Positions 1-11,710 of a stretch of 64,000 nucleotides of DNA are shown piece by piece. The notes under the pieces were generated by a model that was given only the letters and a program-made list of their open reading frames with translations, was not told the origin of the DNA and searched no databases. A program made the position numbers and the translations under genes. Source of the DNA: Harriotta raleighana (taxonomy: Eukaryota); NCBI GenBank assembly GCA_050575255.1, contig JBNZDD010013632.1, positions 2,995,122 through 3,059,121 on the forward strand, read 5' to 3'. Each line of letters starts with the position of its first letter. Within the stretch, counting starts at the first letter, position 1.

Positions 1-220
1 CAATGGTTTTCAAAGTACAGTACTTGTAATTTTAATTTTAATATTAGCAGTTTTAGTTAATTATACATTTATTGAAGCACATTATGCCTATCATAAGATC
101 CACATTGTAATATTTTGGTTGGCAACGGCATTGTGTGTACTTAAGGCAGCAGTGTGACTGTTATGCATAGTTCATGGCGGTATTTAAAAGCAAAGATCTA
201 TGAAATATTAGAGCACATTA

Positions 221-315
221 AAAATGACCTATGCCATCACATTCAAAATTACCGATGCCATCACATTCAAAATGACCGATGCCATCACATTCAAAATGCC
301 CAATGCCATCATTTC
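221..315. repeat. 24-bp minisatellite, about 4 copies (AAAATGACCGATGCCATCACATTC)
   Basis: Units start at 221, 245, 269 and 293, with 0-3 differences each and no spacers. Confidence 0.95.
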
Positions 316-2739
316 AATGTGCGCTCAAAAATAACAGAGCTTAGTTTTTGCAGTCAGATTTTCTTTTAACACACATGGAGATCAAATAGATCACATGCTA
401 TTGGAACCTTAACTGAAGGCAAGATTGTGCACCTTATTCCCTTGAAATAAAGATGGTGCGATGGCCTATACTTTTATCAAACATTATCTGAGGTTATTCT
501 CACTCAGCACTCAATCAAGAATGACAACTGTGTGTCACTCTAGGCATTGTCTTCTAGTGTTACGAGTGAAAGTACCACCACTGATCAAAATCATATTTAT
601 TGTGCTTTTAAGTCAAGTTCAAAATAGTCTTTGGAATTGAAGTACAACTTACTAATGATTTGGATTTGGATTTTGGTTCTTGGACAAACAATGGGCCATC
701 TCAGTAGTTGATGAAAACCTGAAAAAATTGCAACACATTAAAGATGAAAGAGGGAGAGAACTATTAGTGCTCTAGGTCCCAAATAAATCAATGGGTCTGA
801 CATTCAGTTATGCACAAATTAGCATATGTAAAGACAATCTCGTGGGTTTCATAAAAGCTGCCTCTGATTGGTACAAATGAATTCTGTGGCATTGCTAATT
901 CTATCTTTTTACTTCCTACTGAGAGGTTACAGCATTTTATTGTCTGCATCCTTGTCTGCTGCATATTTTATCTTTTCCCATCATCTCCCTGATCATTTGA
1001 TTACAGAAATCTTTCCCTCTTTGACTCAAGATGAACTGATTAATATTGAGGTGAATATTTACATAATCTGAGTCGAGGCAGCCAATTTTAATTGTCATTG
1101 TAGTGGCGGGGCTTGTAAAGTAATGGCAAGGTATATTTGAGAGGTTGTGCCAGTAGAAATCCAGGCTCAGATTCAATGGGATTTTGCATTATTAATGAGA
1201 GTACATGCATGTTCTGTTTATGATCATGATACATGAATGCAGTCAACACTGCAAGATTAAAACTACAATGCCTGTAATATAATTTCAGAGAAGCTGATGT
1301 GGGAGCTGGCAAGCCTCACACTGATGCAGTAGGGAAGATCTTCGGAGGCTTGGGTTAACACATATTGGGTATATAATTGGGGCAGAGTTACAACTGTAAG
1401 TGCTTGTTGCTGGCATTAATTGTCCAAGATGAAACAATGTTCCGTTCCCAACACTGACATTCTTCACTTGATTAGGAAGAAAAAAAAACCTCACCATATC
1501 TATTTTTAACAAGAAAGTTTATCTGATTTCGAAACATTATTTTTAAAATCCAGCTGCATTGGATGAATACGTTAACGAGTGAATGCTGCTATCTTGACAA
1601 TCCTCTGGTCTGCTAAGTTTACGAAAAAAAAAGTTGCACACACAATCCTGACCCTTGGTACAAAGGTGTAAAAGCGGAGGATACAGGGTTAGGTCTCTGG
1701 ACAATGATTGTCGTCATCCCCACAGAGGGGAACTATTCCACTTAAAAAAGTGATCACTTTTGTTTTCCATATCCAGTAGTTTGTTTTTATCTTTAACTCA
1801 AACAGCTGCATAAATATATGCCTAGAAGTGAGAATTCTGTAGAGAGCTTTTCGACTGTGGTAAGGATTGATTTTCAACAGTCGCAATAGTTGAGTTGCAT
1901 AATAAGTTGCAGAGGAATGTTGGAATTGTGTAATATGCTAATTTGCTGATTAATTCTAAAGTTTATTAAGGAGAGTTGCAGTTATATAATGAGCAATGTG
2001 TATGAATAATTCATGCTTAGGGTCTATTGTAAATAATTGTGTTAATTAGATAGAGAGAATCCATACTTGTCTGTATATTCAGGCTAGTTTGATTGAATAC
2101 CGGATTAGATATTAGTGGCTATTAGCTATTGTTGATTCTTGATATAGTTAGTGTATGTGTTTTCAATTATGTAATGAAGCCTTGTTAGAATAAGTTTGCC
2201 CAAAGGTGTTATATTTGGTATTTGTTCCATTGGAGTGTTTAAAAGCACATTTGTTTCATTTGCTTTACCTGCAATTTATTTCAGTAAGACCCAGAGTGTG
2301 AGTAGTTGCACAGATACTAGAGATGGGTTAACAGCACACATTGCACAGCTGTCTCTTCGCCAAGAGGCTTATTCAAAGTGCATAATAGTGAGCTGGGTAC
2401 TATGGAAGGACAATCTCCACTGCTCCATTACACTGAAGTTGGGTTTGAGACTTGTGATTGTACCATTTTTTTAAACTAATCTGTGCATCAGTTTCCAATG
2501 ACTGCTAGTTTCTATACATGTGGTGCACTGTAAACAGAAGCAATTACATTATATTACATTTAATGAGCCATTGCCACACAAAAAAAAATGTGTTGTAGAA
2601 ATCAGAATGATTATTCCATACTCATATTATTTTCAAAATGATAAATCTTCAAAAGGAACAGTATGTAATACCTTAGTGTAATATATGGAAAGTTGTGACC
2701 AGACTGTTCCAAGCCCTTGTGATTACTTTTCCAATTTCT

Positions 2740-3320
2740 AGAACAGACATTTATGATGAAAGTAACCAATGGGGAGTTTAATGTTTGTTGAAGGTGACTG
2801 ATAGGTCAATTGAGCTATAAGCCTATTTTTTTCCAGCAATATGATTTTGTTGGCAGTCATGGGCTTATTTATGTAAATTAAAAATGAATACTTTTAGGAC
2901 TAAGTTTAAATATTTCAAAATGCATTGTTATAATATGTCTAACTGTGATTATATTACACTCAAGAAAATATATTGTACACTTAAGATCATGATTTTATTT
3001 AGTTTACTCAGTCTCAAGCTACACCCTCCCTTCCCTATTATTTGAATTTGACTTATTTGTCATTGGATCCAGTTTAATTTTCTACATTTGTGACTCAACG
3101 CAACAAATACTTTTTTTTAAATGTAAGGAAAGCTATAGTTAGTGGCATTGCATTCCTACTGGTTACAGCCTTATGTGCATCAGAACATAGCAACTCAGTG
3201 AATGTGACAGAGTTGCTGAAGGATGTTATGAGCATAATGAAAGGTGCATGTGTACACAACACTTCGCTGAGCTGCTGAGATATAGAGCTGAAACTGGAGA
3301 AACATGTGAAATGCATAAAT
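2740..3320 (+). mobile_element. Possible highly degraded hAT (ZNF862-like) transposase relic
   Basis: Broken motifs in the expected order: YDES (~2751), IGS (~3062), HC (~3145) followed by ALCASE...V, resembling HCxxHRLALAxxxA. Needs frameshifts; weak. Confidence 0.25.
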
Positions 3321-3699
3321 ATTGGGGTGAAAAAATGTAACATTTCAGATTTATCTGTTATGAAATATTGTATTTTTACCCCACTTGGAATATCTTATCT
3401 GTACTTTTATTGAAATGTATTAAATTATTTAATAGGTTAAGAAATTGTGATGCCATAAATTTAAGTTTTGTGACAATCCTGGAGAGCATAATGTATACAG
3501 AGCTAATTTTGCATCACCTGTGTAAGGTGCTGTATCAGTCTACTGGTGCATCCTCATGCTGAACTACCCTGGAATAGAAATGTGGATCTTTAAGAAGTAC
3601 AGTACTAGTTTTTTCACTGAACTTCACAATTTACGGAATTGCCTGTGATGGAGGAACTGCAAAAAATTGTGTTGAGAAATACTGGATTATTGAGACAAG

Positions 3700-4550
3700 A
3701 TACGTTTTACCCCTTTTCATATAAAAAAAATTACAGAGAAACGGAGAAATAAAACACAGAAGCAAGCTCCGTTAAGAACAATTATGAGGAGCTGCAAATA
3801 TTTCTGTGAAGCTGTGGTGCATTTGAAAATCGAATTGATAATTCAAGCCACAAGAAAATGGACTACATAATTATTGCAGGATTCAATGTAATGGTTTCTT
3901 GATTTCGATAACAAAATGAAAATTCTATTTTGATATCTATTGTGTGTCAACAGGTTCTGTAAACAATACATCAATAATAAGCATTATACATTAAAAACAC
4001 ATGTATTGCAATAAACTACCCTTTTTCTGCTGCTCTAATAAAAAAAATTGTTTTGAAGGCCATTGATGTTAAATTTTAACTTTTAATAAACTCACAAAGC
4101 CTTTAGGCATTTTACTTTAAAAAGGAACAGAGCTTGTCCTGAGCTCAGTATCTATGTAGTGTAGTTCTTATAAAAACAGTATAAGTTTAAAATACTCTTA
4201 ACTGGAAATAGATTAAATGGTACGTGACATTGGAGGCTCTGGTGGTGCGCCTTTCTGTGGCAAGGGAAAAATTATGACAAGTAAAAAGAAAATGTTCGAT
4301 TTTGTAGGTGGAGATAAAGATAAAGATCCTGATTATTTAAAATTCATTGCATAATGCAGCAAATACACGATTTCTCTTCAGCGGCAGAGTGATTGCTGTG
4401 AAGTCGAGAAATTGACAGGAACAGATTATAAGAAAATGGAACAGGATTACATTGTTCCTCAACCAATTGATGCAAACAGTAATTTTATCAGTTACAGAAT
4501 GTCCAACAGGTGGTATGAAAAGGGTTAAGATAACCTAGGAATTCTTCCCT
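3700..4550 (+). mobile_element. Degraded hAT (Charlie/SPIN/GTF2IRD2-like) transposase fossil
   Basis: Collinear broken motifs: GEIK, AFEN (~3819), KAIDVKF (cf. RGIDxNF), KGT, GGAP (cf. TDGAP, ~4241), HCIMQQ (cf. HCIIHQ, ~4345), KMEQ, NFI. Many stops and frameshifts. The C-terminal part may resume at ~5930-6500. Confidence 0.55.
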
Positions 4551-7500
4551 AACCAGGTTGCCAGCACATTACCTGGGCTGGATGCTCTCTCTGTGATGTA
4601 AAGGAAGATATGGGGCAAACTACAGTACAATAGAGCTGATCAGTGCTTTGAGTACCCTATGGAATTATCTCTGTTCAACTTCATTTGAATTAAATATATT
4701 CACATGAGCTCTTGAGCATAGAACATCTGACATGTCAGGAATTTCATTTTGCACTACATTGGCTCAAAGTCACACAATGACCACCAAGGCAGCCAAGATC
4801 TGCTGAATGAATATTAAAGTATTTCTTCCTTTTTTTCCCTATGTGTAGACTACCCTTAGTTGAACATTATAGTCAAAACATTCCAATGTTGTGGCCGAAT
4901 GAAGGAAAGATCACACACTATTAACCTGATAACGGCAATGGACTGAATGAATTTGAACTTGGGTTGGTTTTAAAAAGTTCATCATGGTGTATTTTGGCCT
5001 TCATTTTATCTTGCGACAAACAGTAGCCAATATGCTGAAGCTAACTACAGACAAACGTTTTCATTATTGTACCATGGTTGTGATATCTTTGTTTGCATTT
5101 AACAAGCTGGGATCACTGGTTGAAGTTGAGGACACTTAAAATGTATCATCCTGAATTGTGATGATGTTTTTATTTTTTTCAAGATTAATTAGATGGAACA
5201 TGGGATGATCTGAACTTGTGCGGTTCTGCTCATTGACTTTTTTCAGTCTTTTGACCATTTATAGAATGTGTGATTGGCCGCCTATAGATTAGGGCACAAA
5301 TTTAACAAACCCAAAGATGCAATTAAGACAATAAACCAATTTTGCCTTTATTACAAATTAAACGCCAATTGGAAAACTACAGCCACAATAGAGGGAGTTG
5401 TGGGGGATGGAGAGAGAGAGAGAATTACACTATCTATTGTTCTCTGCTACAAGTGAACATCTCGTTAGTCAAACATAGAGGAATGTGGATAGTTAATATG
5501 CAGCAGCCTGTTTTCTGCACCACTGCAGTGCTATCATATCTGAAAGGAATATATGGAGGTGAGTAGCTCAGCCAGAACTAACAATGCTTGGAATCAGCAA
5601 TTCAACGTCTTAAGAAAAGTTAGAGTCTGCGTTGGAGGCCACTGCACCACTACTAAACTGCAGCAAAGCAAACATATACACCCTGGATACTACCCCACCC
5701 TTACCTATATGATAAAACTACAGAAATTTGTGAGTAAAGTCACGTATGAATGGATAGCTCCCGTTGTTGAAACCGTTTTGATGTTGTGCAATCTCACCAC
5801 CTACACATATATATTTCTATTGTTTTCATTTCAAATATTAACTTACTCTAATAACACTGTTCAGTTCATGAAATAAGATTGGGGAAAACAATTACTAATT
5901 TCTCCCTGCTATGGTTCAATGGCAGGCATTTGTGACCAATGAAGGATGAATAACTAGCCTGTTATGAAAGTAATTAATACAGTAATTATGTAGCATTACC
6001 TAAATTTGTTGACAAAGAAACTCTGTATTTTAGCGGTTACATCGAATAAAAGTTGAGCTGCAGGTATCAATTTTCATATTAGAAGATGTATGGGGCATTG
6101 AGTATTAGTGCTGCATGTATTCTGATATTGAAACCATCTACTGTATTTTTAAATGTGTGATTTAAGAATTAGATTAAATGCTGCAGAATAACATCCTTTA
6201 CTAATTCAATTTAATCTCCTCTTTGTCTGAACTCTGTTTTACTTTATAAACAAATCCAACTTTGGGAACGTTTTCTACAGAAATGTTATTGTAAACCAAG
6301 ATTCCAATAATGAGCCTACATTTAGAGACATTTTTAAACTCCTGCATAATCAAAAAAACATTGCAAAAGAGTCCAGTTTTAGCTGTTTAGGGCTGTTATT
6401 TAATGTGGAATATTGTAATTGGCAAATTCAAGGAATTTTAGAGATCCAGTTAACATTTCTATGGTTATTTTCTCATAATTTGCACATTATGACTTAAGGG
6501 AACTGTAGTAAAAACAAAGTGATATATGGCATGGGAATTAACACAGACAACAACTTTGTAGCCAGTAGGATGGAGTCTAAACTGAATTTGTGTGCTTCTA
6601 ATGCTAGACAGTCAGGCATGGAAAACAGGACATACCTCTATGGACTGATGGTTTTCCTTATTAAAACAAAGTGGTGGCACTCACAGTAGGAGGTCAAGCT
6701 ACAATGAGTGTTGTGCAGTCTGCAATTTCCTCTGGAGGACTTTCCCAAGGTAGTTTAGAGGACAGGTGGCAAGCATTCAGTCTGAAAAGAGATTCAAAGA
6801 TATGGTAACTGCTCACTTCACAAAAAGGTAGAAGCATATATTTAGACGACTCTTAAACCACGTATATTGGAAAGAATGCACTGAATATTACAGACCAGAA
6901 AAAGGCACCTCAATTTCTTATTTGCTAACTAATGGTAGTGTTTGGTGATCCATTTTGAAGTAAATAGTGTGACCAAAAAAGATAATCAAATATTTTAATT
7001 TAAAACATTTTTATTGCCTTTTTTGTCTATTGTATCCAGAATTAACACTCGATGTCTTAATTAGAATACGTTTCTTTTTACATTGAGTAAATGCAAAATA
7101 GATATTTAGAAAGTACAATAGTAAATTAAGGAGTTTTGTCATCCATTCCCTTGTTATCCTTACGACTTTGCTCTTTAAGATAGCAATAATTCTCACCTAA
7201 AACAGTTTACCCCAGACTTAGTTTGCCTGTGGCTCCACATTAAAGATTATTCAAATGGAAAATGCAAAATATGGAAAGGTTCATTCAGTCTTTTAGAGTG
7301 AAATATGTTCTGGTAATTTATTTATTCCCCAAATATATAGAGCACTGTAAAATTTGTATGCCAGTTTCATTAACCTGGATTGAGTTTCCTAACATTGGAA
7401 CCGCATATTTCTGGGTAAAGACGTATATGATGATAAATCTGAAGCACACCATTTTATTGTCTGTTTTATGTTCAACTGACTTTTTGTAAATATGCAATTT

Positions 7501-7924
7501 TTTTAAATGAAGAATTTCCTGTTACTGCAATGTCTAGTGCAGTGCAGACCAAACAACCCATGTCTATGGCATACATTTTTCATATTTTATTATACTTTGT
7601 TTTCTTGTTTGGGCAATGCATACATCGGTGCTAAGGAGCATATGAAAACAGCCCAGCTTGAGCACATATTTCACAATTAACCCTTTATACACCACACTTC
7701 TAGGTTCATGTCCAGAAACAGGACTAAATACCAATTTTACAATGGCTTGCCCTGTTTTTAGTCTGAGGTTAAACTTTGTGACCGCTTGCATTTGCGTTCT
7801 GAGATTCTACCCTGAGTGAAGGGTGTTTTATAAATGCAAGTTATTGTGGTTGTTGTCATGTGGTGGGAAAAAATGACAACAAATCTGCAAAGGAAGAACC
7901 AAATACAGTAGGTGTTACAAAGTT

Positions 7925-8060
7925 TAACTGTGCAAATTGGCTCCCACATTTACCTACAAAATACACAGTCACAGCACTTTATAAATTATGTGTGAAGCAC
8001 TTTGAGATGTTCTACTGATGTGAAAGGCACAAAACCGAATGTAACGTTTATTATTTATTT
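7925..8060 (+). mobile_element. Diverged SINE 3' half with L2-type tail
   Basis: ctgtgcaaattggct...gtgaagcactttgagatgttct...gtgaaaggc...ttatt, matching the other SINE copies in the window. Confidence 0.75.
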
Positions 8061-9198
8061 AATAAACATAATTTATGGAATATGTAACTAAAACTAATTC
8101 AACCTCAAAAGTACCTCCATTTTTCTCTTCTCGTCCATCAACACCTCAGCCCAACTTCACCATGATTTTTAGCTCAGGATAAGGAACTTTTCATTGTGTT
8201 TATGCTCAATAAACCTGTTATTTTTCCTCATTTGTTACAAACAAGTACCTTCAGGAAATGGTTATAAACAACAGTTGGTTTTAAATCTGGCTTATGGAAC
8301 TCAGGCAAAGTCTGTCAACTTCAAGATTTTGTAACTGTAAGAAAAAAACACAGAGCATCTAGGACTGCTCCCTCTGCTGAAGTAAACTGAACTGAATTCA
8401 TTATTCCAACCCTACACCAACCAGGGAAATTCTTTATGTAGGTCAGACTTCTAAAGATTTACATTTAAACTTCAACAAGATCAGGCAATACAGTAGCAAA
8501 ACATCAATAGACTGATTTTAGTCCATAGCTTTAGTTGATATCTCTGAAAAGGATGCTTTTGCCTCTGGCCACATCTCATAACCACAGTAACTGTGTTCCC
8601 ATCTGTCCTCAGAGTCTGATTAAAAGCAATATAATGACTCTGCTTTGGTTAGAAGCCCACAGTTCAGGCAACTTGCATTTTTCCCAAGTCTATACATGAA
8701 AAATTACCATGTCTATTCCTCGGTGGTTTGTTTCCCTGTGTCTATCACACACCGATTCTCCTGGTCCGACGGCCGAGTGTACTCATTAAAGTTCAAAATC
8801 TTTTTAGCGATTGGGAAAAGTTCTTCAAAGATCCGAGCCCACTTAAATTGTGAGTCCTTTTTCTGTCAGTCAGTATAGGGTTCTTGCTATATCAGAAAAC
8901 TGCTTTACAAGCTGCCAACAATAGGATTAGAATCAAAAGACATTTCTTGCCTCAGTAGCTCTTTTTGATGACTGACTACCAATAGTAACTACTCCAGTTC
9001 TTTGGTCAATTATACATTTGAAGCAGTTAATTTACCTATGAAACAAGTGGCGTATTTCTGGACTTAACCTAATGAGCCTGATGTAACCGACCCCTTTGTG
9101 CCTTACAAATGTACTGCTAAAAATGTTTTTTAAAAACTTGTCAACTAAATGCATTCATTAACTTTACTAAGAAAAAACTTTTAGAAACTGGTCCATGA

Positions 9199-9258
9199 TA
9201 ATAATAATAAATAATCCTTGCATTTGATATAACACTTTTCATGTTTTTTAGATATCTA
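9199..9258 (-). mobile_element. SINE 3' tail fragment
   Basis: (aat)n ccttgcatttgatataacacttttcatg is the reverse complement of the family tail. Confidence 0.85.
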
Positions 9259-9428
9259 ATTTTAGGTACTCAAAGTTACTGGCATTTCTCAGAGCTAAAA
9301 TTGTCCAACAAGAACTTTTTTTTAAATTTACCTGGCCCAGTAACTGCCACTGGTTAGTGCCCATTAAATTAATTCATCTTATATACTGTACAAACAGTAG
9401 GAACACACAATTATACACAAAGAATCAT

Positions 9429-10378
9429 AACAAAAACAACAACAAAATTATACATGTATACACTTTTACAACACAAGGACGTCCCAAAGCACTGGACAGT
9501 CATTGTTTCAGGGCTGGGGACGGGGGGTGGGTGGGGGGAAGAAGGGAAGGGGGGAATTAGGAGTAGCCAATGGGATCATTGAAGAGGAGGGTCTTGAGAT
9601 GGGACTTGAAGGTGGCCAGGGAGCGCAAGGCGGAGGGACCGGGGGATGGAATCCAGAGGTTGGGAGCAGAGTGACTAAAGTGGCGCAGATGGATCGGAGA
9701 ACGTGGGGAAGGCCAGAGCCTACTGAGCGGAGAGGGCGGGCAGGTTGGTAGGGGGTAAAAGGTCTCAGATGTAGGGTGGGGTGAGGCTGCGAAGGGCTTT
9801 AAATGTGAGGGCCAGGATCTTGAATTGGATCCCCTGGATGAAGGGGAGCTAATGGAGTTGGACGAGGATGGGGGAAATGGGGACATGGAGCTTGGAGTGA
9901 TAGAGGACACAGGCCGCAGAGTTCTGGATCATCTGCAGCCTGTGGAGGGAGGAATTGGGAAGGCTGACAAGCAGGGCATTTTCATAGTCGAGCCGGGATG
10001 TAATGAAGGCATAAATGAGGGTTTCAGAGGCTTTGGGGGTAAGGTAGTGTTGGAGTCAGGCAATATTGCGGAGGTGAGGGAAGGCAGAGCGTGTCATTGC
10101 TTGGATGTGGAGGAGGATAGAAGTTTGTTGTATATTCAGTTGAGGATCGAACAATCCACCTAGGTTCCTGACTGGCTTGGCGAAGTCGAGTGAGTAACCA
10201 TGGAGGTTGATGCTGCCAGCGCCTGATGCGTGAAGGCGCTGGCACGAGCCAATCAGTATAACCTCTGTCTTGTTGACATTCAACTGTAGAAAGTTAGCTC
10301 TCATCCAAGACTTGATGTCTGACAGACACTCTATCAGGACAGTAATAGTCCTGGAGTCAAGGGTAGAGTCAGAAAGAT
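9429..10378 (-). mobile_element. 5'-truncated L2 (LINE-2) retrotransposon: RT C-terminus plus 3' UTR
   Basis: CLSDIKSWMRANFLQLNVNKTEVILIG, VRNLGGLFDPQL, AFPHLRNIA and FKSHLKTLLF are typical L2 ORF2 motifs. Ends in a (TTG)n tail at 9429-9445. Frameshifted. Confidence 0.95.
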
Positions 10379-11410
10379 TATCCACAGTGGAGTGGAAAAT
10401 TAATCCTCATACATCCAAATACGTGCAAATGTCTTTGCTATTTTATTTCCTGCAGGCAACACAAAACCCTTCTAATCTATGATTATTTAGCAAAATAATA
10501 GACTCAAAGTTATGAAAGTTATGTTTACATTTCATAACTTCTTAAACCAGCAATGACTAAATACTGTACTGTATTATGCTTTGCTTCCTACCAGTGATTG
10601 TTTTCAGTGGTTGTTTGTTGTCAATTCAGTTACCTTATGAAAGCTGCAACTTAGAAATTCTATAACAGTTACTACAGTACCCGAATCCCTGGTGGTATTA
10701 CGGATATTGCCAGGCATATGACAGTTTGATCCTCATCAGCTTATCCACAGTGGAGTGGAAAATTAATCATAATTTTTCACTCCATTGGATAGTGTTAGTG
10801 CCTTTCCAGGACTACAACTGAATACAACTTCAGTTATGTCAACTGGTTCACTTTCTCCTCTAATAACTACAGAGCTGTTTACTGAGTATGGCAGAACTAG
10901 TTCACCATTCCTTCTGGTGAAAGCAGTGGATTCCATATTTTTCAAGGAAGTGCTTCTTCCTGAGCTTCCAGACCTTCCAATATCCTTGAGAGTACGTAAC
11001 TACAGTAGGAAGTTAACATTTTGAGTTTGGCTCAAATTCACCAAGTTGTTGGCTCACTTCAAGTCAAGATATGTTCATTGTTTAATGAACGAGAAAGCGA
11101 CAGCTTTGTTTAAAAATAAAATTTTCCATCCGAACTTCTGAAAATGGGTTCTCCATTTCCAGTTATTTGACAAATGGGCCTGAATATTTTCGACATCCTT
11201 GTTAATCTCCCTTTTCAGTTTCAATTTAGTCACCATCCATTGCATTAGCTTTCACTTTCCCTTGTGAACCCATGATATTTATGGTTAATCTTTGGTCTGA
11301 GGCTGTCAAGTCTGTCCTTGGGTTTACATTTGCCATTGAGTCTTCAGTTAATCTCATTAGATTAGTTCTCAAGTCTGTTTCCTTTAATGCTGTATTGCTT
11401 CCGAGTCTCA

Positions 11411-11710
11411 TTTGGGCAAGTTTCCTTATTCCACACGCCTCTATTTACCTAGCATTAAGTAGGAACACGAGTGTTAGTCGATTGGCGGATGGATTGCTTT
11501 TTTGGGGGTAATAATTCTTCAAAAAAATTAATAACAATTAGTCACTTCAATTCATGACTGTTTGTGAGACACTTCTGTTGTGCAATTGGCTGGCGTGTTT
11601 CACCCACAAAATATAGTCAATTCACTTTACAGTATATTCTGTAAAACGCTTTGAGACATCTCAAAGACGTGAAAAGGCACTATATCAAATGCAAGGACAG
11701 TATTATTATT
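11411..11710 (+). mobile_element. tRNA-derived SINE lacking its head, with an extra 68-bp internal segment
   Basis: tgggcaagtttccttattccacacgcct ... gactgtttgtgagacac ... gagacatctcaaagacgtgaaaaggcactatatcaaatgcaagga(tat)n. Confidence 0.9.

Larger units (their letters stand above)
8100..11410 (-). mobile_element. Very old CR1 LINE ORF2 fossil, interrupted by a SINE fragment and an L2
   Basis: Minus-strand motifs in CR1 order: ENI-GP / ILFLNKAVAFSF (cf. ILNxYFASVF, ~11190-11085), (D)GIH (~10930), KNY...TVDKLM (cf. NYRPISLTSxVGKLM, ~10780-10735), HQGF, AFHKV (~10640), LNFNE..RCVIDTG (cf. MxFNxxKCxVxHxG, ~8795-8735), then a C-terminal LE/ERL-type segment at ~8100-8440. Confidence 0.6.

Noticed and set aside
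221-315. CRISPR-like array or His/Cys repeat protein (CHHIQN repeats in ORF 154-369)
   Set aside because: The units are head-to-tail with no unique spacers, there are no cas genes and the context is eukaryotic. It is a plain minisatellite, and the peptide repeat follows from the 24-bp unit.
8708-8862. Apparent minus-strand coding exon (AG...GT, KKDSQFKWARIFEELFPIAKKILNFNE...)
   Set aside because: The polypyrimidine tract is weak, and the segment falls exactly where the CR1 RT motif DLxxLxxWAxKWxMxFNxxKCxVxHxG is expected within the surrounding fossil.
11080-11411. Retroviral env-like segment (coiled coil, W-rich stretch, hydrophobic tail)
   Set aside because: Better explained as the CR1 ORF2 linker (IGPL...ILNxYFASVF) directly upstream of the DGIHP and NYRPISL remnants.
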